From the IMG/VR virus record IMGVR_UViG_3300017747_004610: a stretch of DNA of 64,000 nt; one strand, 5' to 3'. Each line of letters starts with the position of its first letter. Positions within the stretch are counted from its first letter, which is position 1. The notes under the pieces were generated by a model, which was given only the letters and a program-made list of their open reading frames with translations, was not told the DNA's origin and did not search any database. Source of the DNA: an uncultured virus (IMG/VR IMGVR_UViG_3300017747_004610). Taxonomy: Duplodnaviria > Heunggongvirae > Uroviricota > Caudoviricetes. The translations under genes and the position numbers were made by a program. Shown here one piece after another: positions 18,844 to 28,673 of the stretch.

Positions 18844-19473
18844 TTAAAATACAACCCACTTACCTGTTCCATAATGAGGCCAATGTTTTTCATACTCGTA
18901 GTAAACTACTTCATTAGGTATTTCCTCTTTTTTGCCCCATGTTTCGATTGTTGGAGTATTTGTAGAAACTCCATTATCTTCAACAACAAATCTAACAGGT
19001 AATTCAAAGTTTTTTATATATTTGTAGTTTTCCATAAAAGTACCTGTCTCAAAAGTCATGTCCCCAATAAAACACCAAACAATTTCATTCTTATTATCTC
19101 GTTTATTAGACATTGCAACGCCAGTAGCAATTGGAATTATTCCACCGACAATCGCCGAACTATAGAATTTTTTTTCTTTATTGATGATACTAATCGATCT
19201 CCCATCCAAAATTTCTGATTCTAACCAATCAGGTGATACTCCTTTAAGTAAAGCATGATAATGAGACCTCCATGTAGAAAATACCCAATCATTCTCTGAA
19301 ATTCTTTTGAAGATTTCAATAAGATGTTTTTCATTACCTCCACTCAAATGAACAGGGCCTCGTATTTTACCAGTTTCCCAACTTTCAACTATTTTATTTT
19401 CAAAATGAATAAGTTCTTCTTCATTCCAGTTGTGTTCTCTAACTATTGGATACTGTTCTAAATTTTTTATCAT
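18844..19473 (-). CDS. TPP-dependent E1 alpha-like subunit
   Basis: GPVHLSGGNE, STWRSHYH, SAIVGG, GD...(N) TPP motif FIGDMTFETG...VEDN. Confidence 0.9.
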   Translation of the reverse strand: MIKNLEQYPIVREHNWNEEELIHFENKIVESWETGKIRGPVHLSGGNEKHLIEIFKRISENDWVFSTWRSHYHALLKGVSPDWLESEILDGRSISIINKEKKFYSSAIVGGIIPIATGVAMSNKRDNKNEIVWCFIGDMTFETGTFMENYKYIKNFELPVRFVVEDNGVSTNTPTIETWGKKEEIPNEVVYYEYEKHWPHYGTGKWVVF

Positions 19474-19487
19474 ATATTTTAATAAAA

Positions 19488-20099
19488 TTACTTGTTAAAG
19501 GATACTATACTAAACCTTGGCGTTTTCGCATAACTTTCAACTGAACTTACAAAATGAGGTTGTCTGAAAACTTTATTATTCAATAATACTACTCTATTGA
19601 ATTTAGGAAAAATTTGTTGGTTAAACTCTTCATCTGCTTCAGAACAAATGTTAAGAATACCACCCCAATCCCAAATCCACTCTTTATTTACGTAATAGAT
19701 TAAATTAATTTTTCCTGCATAGTCATCCATGTGCATTCTGTAATGGTCTCCACTATCAAGTTTATAACATCTTATGTCAAACTGATTCAAGATAAATGGT
19801 GATACTTTTTCAAGGGCATCAATAAAGTAATCTTCGAATATTTTCGATATGTAATCATCTTTCTCCAAATCAGATGACCTACTGAAACTAGAAGTATAAA
19901 CCTCGGTTTCTTTTGGTAATGTTGATGACTCAGTTTTGAATACATGCGAATAATGATTTTCTCTTTCCTGTAAAGTTTTTTCCCACGTGTTCGCATTAAC
20001 AAATAACTCATGTAAATTATTTGCATAATCATTGGGTAAAAAATTATCGATTACAGAATATCCCTGTTCGTTCAGTTCCTGTTTAACTCTATCTAACAT
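19488..20099 (-). CDS. 2OG-Fe(II) oxygenase
   Basis: [33 protein letters not shown]. Confidence 0.85.
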   Translation of the reverse strand: MLDRVKQELNEQGYSVIDNFLPNDYANNLHELFVNANTWEKTLQERENHYSHVFKTESSTLPKETEVYTSSFSRSSDLEKDDYISKIFEDYFIDALEKVSPFILNQFDIRCYKLDSGDHYRMHMDDYAGKINLIYYVNKEWIWDWGGILNICSEADEEFNQQIFPKFNRVVLLNNKVFRQPHFVSSVESYAKTPRFSIVSFNK

Positions 20100-20109
20100 A
20101 TTAACTTAG

Positions 20110-20517
20110 TTACTCCCAACTAATACCCCAATCCTTAAACTCCGCAGCCAAACAATCAGTTTTATAGTCTTTTCTACCACCTACAATTTCTTGTATTCTA
20201 TTTTTTGCAGTATTACGAACTCCATTTAATCCATGTGTCAACTCCAAATTATTACCTTCTTTGATTCCCTTACGATAGTTGGACTCATTATGCCAAATGT
20301 GTAAGTTTGTTTGAGCTAAAACAACAATAGACCTTACGGTCTTTGCATCAATAACACCTTTCTGTTCTTTAAGAATCAAATCAATGTCGTGTTCGATGTC
20401 TCTAATTTCTTGAGCATATTCCTCTTTGTGTTCGGGAATAAAAACTTCTTTTAATTGTGAAATACTGAGTCTATCAATTAACTCGGCAAGTGTTGGTAAG
20501 TATTTTCTCTTCTCCAT
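20110..20517 (-). CDS. Conserved helical protein (DUF4254/DUF6165-like)
   Basis: TLAELIDRLSISQLK, TNLHIWHNE, LNGVRN. Confidence 0.55.
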   Translation of the reverse strand: MEKRKYLPTLAELIDRLSISQLKEVFIPEHKEEYAQEIRDIEHDIDLILKEQKGVIDAKTVRSIVVLAQTNLHIWHNESNYRKGIKEGNNLELTHGLNGVRNTAKNRIQEIVGGRKDYKTDCLAAEFKDWGISWE

Positions 20518-20518
20518 A

Positions 20519-21526
20519 TTATCTGTTCAAAAATTTTCTTCCTTTATTTATTCTTTCTCTCCAATATTCTAATAGGTCATCCATTGTTTGATTGAAGGTT
20601 ATTTTGGGTTCCCATCCAGTCATTTCTCTGAATTTAGTTGTGTCAGGTATTTGTAAATCCGCATCTATGGGCCGTAATCTATTTTGGTCAACTACTACTT
20701 CTATATTCTTAACCGTAGATTTTGATAATAGATAATTCAACGTATCACCAACTTTACAAGTATAAGACCCCCCAATATTATAATATGCACCTGCAGATGG
20801 ATTAATATTTAATAACATCCAGTATGCTCTGACAGCATCCCTAACATCGGCGTATGTCCTAAGTGAGTCCAAATTACCCACAAATATTTTTGGTTCTTGT
20901 AATCCATATTCTATCATTGCGATTTGTTTTGCAAATGTTGATTCATGAAATACATCTCCTCTTCTCGGTCCTGTATGTGTAAACATTCTGGTAGTCATCA
21001 CCTTCATGTTATAAGCTTCCCCATAATACCGACCAATCAAATCTGTACCCACTTTAGATATCGCATACGGAGATGCAGGATGTAACGAGCACTCCTCATT
21101 GATGGGTAATTTATCTTTACTAACCCTACCAAAAATTTCGCTTGATGCACACACATGTATAAGAGCATCTTTATACTGAGATTTTCTAAGCGCTTCTAAT
21201 AAATTTGCGGTACCAATTATATTTGTTTGTAATGTTTCAATCGGAGAATCAAAACTAGTTTGTGGATAGGATTGTGCTCCAAGGTGGAAAACATAGTCAG
21301 GTTTAGAAATATCTATCGCGTTTACAATTGAACTATAGTCATTCAAATCTCCATATATCAACTTAATTCTATCTGTGGTATTAATGATATCAGTTAAATG
21401 TTCGATGTTATCCATAGATTCATTCCACCTACAAAACCCATAGATTTTTATAGTTGTTTTTTCTAAAAGAAAATCAACCATGTGAGATCCGACCATCCCT
21501 AAAACACCTGTGATTAATACATTCAT
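20519..21526 (-). CDS. GDP-mannose 4,6-dehydratase / Rmd-family extended SDR
   Basis: ITGVLGMVGSH, HLGAQSY, SSEIFG, PASPYAISK, GNLDSLR, RPID. Confidence 0.85.
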   Translation of the reverse strand: MNVLITGVLGMVGSHMVDFLLEKTTIKIYGFCRWNESMDNIEHLTDIINTTDRIKLIYGDLNDYSSIVNAIDISKPDYVFHLGAQSYPQTSFDSPIETLQTNIIGTANLLEALRKSQYKDALIHVCASSEIFGRVSKDKLPINEECSLHPASPYAISKVGTDLIGRYYGEAYNMKVMTTRMFTHTGPRRGDVFHESTFAKQIAMIEYGLQEPKIFVGNLDSLRTYADVRDAVRAYWMLLNINPSAGAYYNIGGSYTCKVGDTLNYLLSKSTVKNIEVVVDQNRLRPIDADLQIPDTTKFREMTGWEPKITFNQTMDDLLEYWRERINKGRKFLNR

Positions 21527-22698
21527 TGATATATTTCTTTGAAGATTTTTTCAGTTATCCTCCAGTTATCCTGCAATTCAAAAGATCCGGCATAATTACT
21601 ATCAAAGTCCCTAAGTAGAATGTTATATTCATCTTTGTTTTCTTCGATTATCGTTTTTAATTGATTTGGAATATACTCATCATTATAAACAATTGCCGTC
21701 GCCGTGTCAATATTTGACTGTGATAAACCCATCACGCTATCTCGGACTTCCCCAAAATTTTTGTTTTTTATCGAGTACAGATTATCAATTATCCCAAAAC
21801 ATCTTGAAGAGATTAAACTAGCCTTATCAAATTCATAATCAAAAATATCCCCATATAATCCAAAATTATACTTATATAAATTGGTATTTTGACCTTTAGC
21901 ACCTAATACTAAAAAAGGTTTACCGAATAAAATACTCTTAAATGTTTTTTCAGTATGGAACATAAACTCTTTAGTCAATTCAGGAAATTCATGATTGTAC
22001 GCAAGGTATGGGTAGGTTTCCGCTACAACATCAATTAAATTAGGTGCATTTAGTATTTTTTCCGAAAATATACGTTGGGGAACGTCGTCAGATTTATCAT
22101 AAAAATCATCGAATGATAACTTCCTCGGTGTGAAATACTTGAAATCCCATCGAGAGAATTCAGAATGTTGCCATGTATTTATTCCATAATCAAATAGTTC
22201 AAATTTATATAAATAATCCAATAATATCGCCCTATGGTTCCTTTCATGGTTATTTAGATTTAGATAAAGTTTATCGATTGGTCTATATTGATTGAATAAT
22301 TCAGAAGGTTTTTTACCATAAAAATTAACCATCCCATAAAAAGTGTAATGGAGTAATGCGGTAGGCCAAAACAAAACTTCAAAGTTTTTGATTGGATTTG
22401 TTTTAATATTCGAATATGCATCACTGTAATCACAACCAACAAGTAGATAAAACTTAATATTATTTTTTAATAAAGTATCTTCTAAATTTTGATAATCTTC
22501 AGAATGATTTGGATTATTTACGTAATCGTGTGTGAGATAACTCAAAAATCTTTCATCAAACGCTTCCCAAGGTTGCCAAATTATAGCATGACTTTCAGGT
22601 TTTATTTTATCTATCAATTCACTAATCTCTCTCACATTAATAGAACTATTAGACGGATTGATTAACAAAACACTTTTATGGAACCTATAATCGATCAT
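21523..22698 (-). CDS. Putative glycosyltransferase (GT10-like TEK motif family), paralog 2
   Basis: NNHERNHR, DVVAET, FHTEKTFKSILFGKPFLVLG, FDYEFD. Confidence 0.55.
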   Translation of the reverse strand: MIDYRFHKSVLLINPSNSSINVREISELIDKIKPESHAIIWQPWEAFDERFLSYLTHDYVNNPNHSEDYQNLEDTLLKNNIKFYLLVGCDYSDAYSNIKTNPIKNFEVLFWPTALLHYTFYGMVNFYGKKPSELFNQYRPIDKLYLNLNNHERNHRAILLDYLYKFELFDYGINTWQHSEFSRWDFKYFTPRKLSFDDFYDKSDDVPQRIFSEKILNAPNLIDVVAETYPYLAYNHEFPELTKEFMFHTEKTFKSILFGKPFLVLGAKGQNTNLYKYNFGLYGDIFDYEFDKASLISSRCFGIIDNLYSIKNKNFGEVRDSVMGLSQSNIDTATAIVYNDEYIPNQLKTIIEENKDEYNILLRDFDSNYAGSFELQDNWRITEKIFKEIYQ

Positions 22699-23644
22699 GG
22701 CCCTTAAACCAATTAATTGTTTCAGTTATCCCTTGTTTGAAAGTATAAGTTGGCACAAATCCGATCTCAGTATTTATTCTCTCCGTACTCACCGCTCTGA
22801 AAGGAATTGTCGTTGGCTTAGAATCGTCCCAAATTACATCAGGTTTTAATTCACTTACTTCTATAATTGTATCAACAATTTCACCAATAGTAATACCTCC
22901 ACCATATCCCAAATTATAAGGTCTCATGGATTCTCCCTTCTCAATAATCAAAAGGCCACCTTTAACTACGTCTTTAACATATAGAAAATCTCTAACAATA
23001 TCAGGTGACCCCCACACTACAAATGGATTTTCACCACTTAATAATCTTTTAATTAATGCAGGCACAACATGACAGGTTTTCAAATCGAAGTTATCATAAG
23101 GTCCAAATATCGCAGTACCTCTTGCAATACAAATTTCCATTTCACCTAATCGTGAAACGTGTTCCATCAACTTCTCTCGATATCTCCTCATCCATCCATA
23201 CCCATAGTAAGATTTATAAGGTTCATCCACCCAAAACTCATCTTCGGTTAGTGGTCTTCTGATGTCAGGATATCCTGTAGAACTATTAAGATCTAAAAAT
23301 CTTTTTACTTTTGATTTGTACGATGCTTCCAATACATTTCCAATTATTTGGATTTGTTTCAATGAAATTTGTACATCAGTTGGTACTGTGGAAGGATGAG
23401 CAATTTGTCCCGCACAATGAATTACATAATCACAACCTTCAACAAGCTTGAAACAATCTTCTAACTTTGTTAGGTCTAAATTTTCATGAACAATGATACT
23501 ATCATGCGTATATTGTAATGGAGATTTGTGAGTATGAGTAATAACTTTCGCACCTTGTTTGACAAGTTCAATTAAATAATGAGTACCTATGAATCCGGAT
23601 CCGCCAGTTACTACAACCTTTTTACCTTTGAAAAATTCACTCAT
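22685..23644 (-). CDS. GDP-fucose synthase-like NAD(P)-dependent epimerase/reductase
   Basis: VTGGSGFIG, HVVPALIKR, VWGSPDIVRDFLYV; YxxxK replaced by YGWMR. Confidence 0.8.
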   Translation of the reverse strand: MSEFFKGKKVVVTGGSGFIGTHYLIELVKQGAKVITHTHKSPLQYTHDSIIVHENLDLTKLEDCFKLVEGCDYVIHCAGQIAHPSTVPTDVQISLKQIQIIGNVLEASYKSKVKRFLDLNSSTGYPDIRRPLTEDEFWVDEPYKSYYGYGWMRRYREKLMEHVSRLGEMEICIARGTAIFGPYDNFDLKTCHVVPALIKRLLSGENPFVVWGSPDIVRDFLYVKDVVKGGLLIIEKGESMRPYNLGYGGGITIGEIVDTIIEVSELKPDVIWDDSKPTTIPFRAVSTERINTEIGFVPTYTFKQGITETINWFKGHDRL

Positions 23645-23645
23645 A

Positions 23646-24620
23646 TCAATGGTTCACAAATGGATTATATCGTTTATCTAAAATGTCTTTGTTGTTCAAA
23701 AACCACTCTGTAGTTTTTTTAACACCCTCTTCCAATGAAGTATAACTTTTGAACCCATATTTATTCATCTTATTCATACTCATCAATCTTTGTTTATCAC
23801 CACTCGGTACATCGGTATACCACTTAACATCAATGTCTTTTCCTGAATGTTTGATGACTAATTCAACAAGTTCTTTAATTGAATTACCTTCTCCCGAACC
23901 CAAGTTAACAGGTTCAGTAATTTTATTTTCAACAGTAAAAATCATACCTTCAGCAACATCTTCAGCATAAATAAAATCACGAATTGGAGACCCATCTCCA
24001 AAAACATCTAAAACATCGTTCTCCTGAGCTTTACGTATCAATGAAGGTACAACCATTGCATTAGCAGGATTAAAGTTGTCATACGGTCCATAAACGTTTG
24101 CAGGTCTAACTATTGATATCCTATCCCACCCGTATTGTTTTTTATAGGTTTCAGTTTGTAATTCTCCAATTCTTTTCGCCCACCCCGCGTACATGTCGTT
24201 CGGAGAAGGAAATGTCCCCCAAACACTTTCTTCATAAAAAATTTCAGACGGAGCATAAACTCCAACTGAACTTGTGAACAAATACCATTTGACATCAGAT
24301 TCAAATGCCGCTTGAGTCATGTTAGTATTGAACTGTAACATTGGGACCATAAAATCAACTGGTTGATTCATACACATATGTGGAGACCCTTTGACACCCG
24401 CTAAATGGAAAACATAATCTTGTCCCTTACATACTTCCAAACAACTATTAAAATTTCTCAAGTCAGTCTTGACAAAATTAACATTGAAGGGTAAATGTTC
24501 TGGCTCTGTCAAATCCGCGATAGTGACTTTGGCCCCTTTTAATACTAACTTTTTAACAAGTTGCCTCCCAATCATTCCGGCTCCACCTGTTACTAATACT
24601 TTTTGGTTATTAAACATCAT
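23646..24620 (-). CDS. GDP-fucose synthase-like NAD(P)-dependent epimerase/reductase
   Basis: VTGGAGMIG, RPANVYGPYDNF, VVPSLIRK, GDGSPIRDFIY. Confidence 0.8.
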   Translation of the reverse strand: MMFNNQKVLVTGGAGMIGRQLVKKLVLKGAKVTIADLTEPEHLPFNVNFVKTDLRNFNSCLEVCKGQDYVFHLAGVKGSPHMCMNQPVDFMVPMLQFNTNMTQAAFESDVKWYLFTSSVGVYAPSEIFYEESVWGTFPSPNDMYAGWAKRIGELQTETYKKQYGWDRISIVRPANVYGPYDNFNPANAMVVPSLIRKAQENDVLDVFGDGSPIRDFIYAEDVAEGMIFTVENKITEPVNLGSGEGNSIKELVELVIKHSGKDIDVKWYTDVPSGDKQRLMSMNKMNKYGFKSYTSLEEGVKKTTEWFLNNKDILDKRYNPFVNH

Positions 24621-25797
24621 TCAATCTTTTTACTAAATTTATAATTTGCTCATCAGTCAAATCTGTGTGATTTCCAATATACAATGAATTACTGTGTATA
24701 TAATTAACAACATCTAAATCACCTGATATCTTGAATGGGAAATTGTCTAAATATGGCTGATTAGCCTGGTTCCCTCCACCGGCAGTTCCCAATCTATATT
24801 CAACCCCACATATATCTAAAACGTCACAAACACTACTATAGTCATCATTAATATGAAATCTATCTTTATAATCAGGTTTCATTATTAGTGGTAACGCGAA
24901 ACTACTATTCCCATCAATATCAAAATCAGTATAAAATTTGTGTTTATCCAAATTTTGAAACCATACTGATAAATTATGTCTTCGTCTTTCGATATTATAA
25001 TCAATTCGTTTCATTTGTTCTATCCCTAAAACAGCATTGATTTCAGTACTTCTCATATTAAATCCCGCAACCGCAAACGTGAACATAGGGTTTAATTCAG
25101 GATAATTATTTCTGTAGTTGCTCTGAGTTTCCTCGGAAACTTCTCTTGTCATACCATGTGACCTAAATAACTTGGAGGATTCATAAATTTGTTCATTATT
25201 GGTACAAATCATTCCTCCTTCTATTGTTGTAATATGGTGCCCAAAATAGAATGAAAAAATAGAAATGTCTCCGAACGTGCCCACTTTTTGATTATTAAAC
25301 GTTGCCCCATGAGCTTCACAACAATCTTCGATTAATAGAATATCATTTTCTTTGGCGATTTTGATAATCTCTTCGTTAATCCCATTGAACCCAAGGCAAT
25401 GTACCAAAACAATCGCTTTAGTTTTCTTGGTTATCGCCCTTTTAATATTTTCTGCGGTTATCGCCAAGTTATCCAAAGATACATCAACAAATACCGGAGT
25501 CATACCTAATTGTACTACCGATGAAATATCCGATACCCACCCTAATGGGGGTACAATAACTTCACCAATACCTTTAAGTTCTTTAACAATTGCAATCGAA
25601 ACAAAATTTCCTGAATTACCGGAGTTCAACATAGTACTATGTTTGACACCCAACCAATTACTCCATATCTTTTCGAATTCTTTAACCTTTTCCCCGTTTG
25701 TTAATCTTTGGTTTGATAATATAAAATCAGATAAAGCCTCCCTATCTTCACGACTGACATTGTCGTTTATAAGTGGCCAATTATATGTCTTTCCCAT
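24610..25797 (-). CDS. ColD-like PLP-dependent NDP-4-keto-6-deoxyhexose 3-dehydratase (DegT superfamily)
   Basis: NSGNSGN, EDCCEAHG, SFYFGHHITTIEGG (His in place of the Schiff-base Lys), RSHGMTR; lacks the RfbH Fe-S Cys insert. Confidence 0.85.
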   Translation of the reverse strand: MGKTYNWPLINDNVSREDREALSDFILSNQRLTNGEKVKEFEKIWSNWLGVKHSTMLNSGNSGNFVSIAIVKELKGIGEVIVPPLGWVSDISSVVQLGMTPVFVDVSLDNLAITAENIKRAITKKTKAIVLVHCLGFNGINEEIIKIAKENDILLIEDCCEAHGATFNNQKVGTFGDISIFSFYFGHHITTIEGGMICTNNEQIYESSKLFRSHGMTREVSEETQSNYRNNYPELNPMFTFAVAGFNMRSTEINAVLGIEQMKRIDYNIERRRHNLSVWFQNLDKHKFYTDFDIDGNSSFALPLIMKPDYKDRFHINDDYSSVCDVLDICGVEYRLGTAGGGNQANQPYLDNFPFKISGDLDVVNYIHSNSLYIGNHTDLTDEQIINLVKRLNDV

Positions 25798-25814
25798 AAT
25801 ATTAAAAATAAAGT

Positions 25815-26546
25815 TTAATCCATTGAAGTCAAAGACTTGTCCAATATTAATTTTAGTAAAGGAATTGGTATTTTGACTGGTCTGTGTATTCCTACAGGAT
25901 GTGGGTAAAAAATATCTTCAACACTAAATTTCATTGCAGTTAATATATCAGGTAACTGATGGTCGTCTAAATGTTTTACAAAAAAAATATCTTCCCAAAC
26001 ACCCTTTTCGTTTTCATACTTTTTTAAGTACTCAATAGTTTTTGATTTGTTTCTGATTGATAATCCTCCATTACCAACAAACTTCCCTTCTTTTGGTTTA
26101 GACCAAGGAGCTCCAATAAAATCATAATCTAAAAACTCTTCTATGTTGTCTCTTAATAACAAGGAGTCTATTTGAAAATTCAATATTATTTCTCCCTCAA
26201 CTAGTTCCCAAAATTCAATACTTTTTAATAATTCTGTGTGAGTTTCTTTATCAATGTCTTCGATGTCCAGTTTAGTTAGTAAAACATTGTCCCAATCTTT
26301 GACAATATTCTTAATATAACTTTCGTTTCCCTCACTATGGAAAATTTGTAACCCCCATCTAACATCTTTGTTGTTTTTATTTAAGAAATAAATGTGGTTC
26401 TTCAATATCTGTTCAAAATTAATGACAACCCTATTCTCAACTATAATCGAATTATATATTGAATCTTTTTTTACTTGTGGGAGATAACCTTTAGTTTTTT
26501 CGGTAAACTTGGTCAAGTATTCACACAATAAGTCGTAATGTTCCAT
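25815..26546 (-). CDS. DUF5672-like putative glycosyltransferase
   Basis: IVENR, FQIDS, YDFIGAPW, VGNGGLSIR, EDIFF, FSVE. Confidence 0.8.
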   Translation of the reverse strand: MEHYDLLCEYLTKFTEKTKGYLPQVKKDSIYNSIIVENRVVINFEQILKNHIYFLNKNNKDVRWGLQIFHSEGNESYIKNIVKDWDNVLLTKLDIEDIDKETHTELLKSIEFWELVEGEIILNFQIDSLLLRDNIEEFLDYDFIGAPWSKPKEGKFVGNGGLSIRNKSKTIEYLKKYENEKGVWEDIFFVKHLDDHQLPDILTAMKFSVEDIFYPHPVGIHRPVKIPIPLLKLILDKSLTSMD

Positions 26547-27166
26547 TATAAAAAATCGTAAATCTTGTCGTATATATATTCTCCGATAATACGATATCCC
26601 AACTCATTGGGATGATAGTCACCTTTGAACATATTTTCTTTGTCATTCCAAACTTTTCTACTTTCATATTCCCACACAGAAACATTATTAACTAATTCGT
26701 ATAAGTTCAAAAGGTCAGATAAACAATCGTTTGGGTTAATAAAATAATTTGGTAAAGATTTTGAATCAAAATCTTCATTGTGAAACATAGGATAAAAAGA
26801 GTTGAAATAGAAATGTTTATGACTAGTTAGAGCATTTTCTATTTTATGGTATATCTCGATAACATTGTAAGTGTCCGCAGTATATCGATACGGATAGGAA
26901 AACATAACTATAATGATATCATCAGAGTTTATAAACCCCATATCAAGTGATTGTTCAATTTCCTTGAGTATGTATTCATTTCCATATCCACAAACTCCAC
27001 AATTCACGTATAAACAGTCTAGTTTTTGAGCAACCCATCTCGGCCAAGAATTTTGATTTCTTAAATTTGTGATGAACTTTTCGGGGTGAGCAACTTCTTT
27101 ATACTTTATATCAGTTTCAATTCCATGACCCGCAGTCCAACTATCTCCGAAACAAATTAATCTCAT
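26546..27166 (-). CDS. SGNH/GDSL-fold protein
   Basis: FGDSWTAG, GYGN, DYHPNELG. Confidence 0.8.
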   Translation of the reverse strand: MRLICFGDSWTAGHGIETDIKYKEVAHPEKFITNLRNQNSWPRWVAQKLDCLYVNCGVCGYGNEYILKEIEQSLDMGFINSDDIIIVMFSYPYRYTADTYNVIEIYHKIENALTSHKHFYFNSFYPMFHNEDFDSKSLPNYFINPNDCLSDLLNLYELVNNVSVWEYESRKVWNDKENMFKGDYHPNELGYRIIGEYIYDKIYDFL

Positions 27167-27900
27167 ATTATCCCATCTCTTGTTTTTATAAATTCATAAA
27201 AATACTTTGCTTGAGATAAATGTCCAAGTTCACCACTATGTAAATCCTTTACATCTCCTGAAGTTTCATGTTCCATAGTGTGTTTTCCATCAGAATATAA
27301 TCTTCGTGAAAATTCAAATACATCTAAACTACCGTTAGGAGTTCTGATGAATGTTCCAATCTCATCTTTATCATTAAACTTTTCATTAAAAAATAAATCA
27401 TCCGAATTCCAATGTAATATATTGACCCCACTCAGACGACAAAAAGAATTTATTAAAGAAATCCATTTCCAAAGTTCCGTGTTCCATTCAGCATGAGATC
27501 TATTGTTGAATACCTCTACTAATGTTTGGTCAGAAAAAATATGTGTTCCATTTGTATTGATAAAAGATGGTAATATATTGTTCATATGACCATCTCTCTC
27601 ATTATACGCAACAAATCTCAAGAGTGATGTCCACCCAATAATAATCAAATCCCCTTTTCGAAATTTCTTATGTTCATCAATAAACTTCCAAAAAATAGTT
27701 TGATTAGCGGCACCACCTTCTCCACAGTTATTTACATCATAATCCATCATTTCAGATAATACAGTTGGCCAAACTTTTGGTAAATTACCACCTCTCCAAT
27801 CTTTATAATCATCATAATTACTTCTTTGTTGGGGGTGACCAACAGGATGATATTCGGCAGTGAAACTACATCCGAATGTCCACAAAGTTTTTCTACTCAT
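27163..27900 (-). CDS. SGNH/GDSL-fold protein
   Basis: FGCSFT, GGAAN, DLHSGELGH. Confidence 0.75.
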   Translation of the reverse strand: MSRKTLWTFGCSFTAEYHPVGHPQQRSNYDDYKDWRGGNLPKVWPTVLSEMMDYDVNNCGEGGAANQTIFWKFIDEHKKFRKGDLIIIGWTSLLRFVAYNERDGHMNNILPSFINTNGTHIFSDQTLVEVFNNRSHAEWNTELWKWISLINSFCRLSGVNILHWNSDDLFFNEKFNDKDEIGTFIRTPNGSLDVFEFSRRLYSDGKHTMEHETSGDVKDLHSGELGHLSQAKYFYEFIKTRDGII

Positions 27901-28673
27901 ATTAGGTTATTTTTTGTAATATATTTATAAAATAGTTCATATTGAATGAAGTGACCCTTTTCTCCTAAATGACCGTCGCCAACAGCTCCATTGGTTTCAT
28001 CAAATATTGTAGTTCCTCCATGTCCAAAAAATACATCAAACATAGTCCGTTTAGGGCCCATACGTACAAAACTATGGTTGTTTGCTTCTGGTGGAATTTG
28101 TAGAGGTAATTTTTCAATTTCCTCATGACATATATAATACTTATTGTTCAATTTTTCTGATGACAAATTGTTTATTATATCGATATCAGCAGACCAAAAA
28201 AACAACTGAAACCCTTTCGATTTAGAAAATTCAACAAGTAATTTTTCTTGCTCATATACTTCATCAATATATGGAGGTAAAGTTTTATTCACCGCAATAT
28301 CCATTCTAGTCGATTCTGAAATATACTCACCGTTTTCAGGATTAGCACTTAATCGTTTCCATTGAAATAAATTTTGTTTGTCGTAAAGATAAGCCCATCT
28401 AAATCTTTGCGGATAAGTCCAATTTATGATAACCATATCTCCTTTTTCAAACTCATTCGAACGCTGGCATACTGTTTGAAAAATCTCAACATTAGACATT
28501 CCCGCAACCGCATGATTATTCATTTTCATTCCCAATTTGTTCGAGAGTAAATCCCCCCAACAAAGAGGTAAATTACCGCCTCTGAATTCTTTCCACTCTG
28601 GATAACGAGGGAAACTATCATCTAACAAATGACCTTGAGTGAAACTATCTCCAAATAAATGTAATGTTCTCAT
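27897..28673 (-). CDS. SGNH/GDSL-fold protein
   Basis: FGDSFTQG, GMSN, DGHLGEKGH; start taken at ATG 28673 (ATGA overlap); shares WK/WR-x-RGGNLP with the neighbouring paralog. Confidence 0.75.
   Translation of the reverse strand: MRTLHLFGDSFTQGHLLDDSFPRYPEWKEFRGGNLPLCWGDLLSNKLGMKMNNHAVAGMSNVEIFQTVCQRSNEFEKGDMVIINWTYPQRFRWAYLYDKQNLFQWKRLSANPENGEYISESTRMDIAVNKTLPPYIDEVYEQEKLLVEFSKSKGFQLFFWSADIDIINNLSSEKLNNKYYICHEEIEKLPLQIPPEANNHSFVRMGPKRTMFDVFFGHGGTTIFDETNGAVGDGHLGEKGHFIQYELFYKYITKNNLI

Noticed and set aside
17120..19473. Pyruvate dehydrogenase auxiliary metabolic genes
   Set aside because: Subunits are shortened, no E2/E3 is present, and they sit among nucleotide-sugar genes
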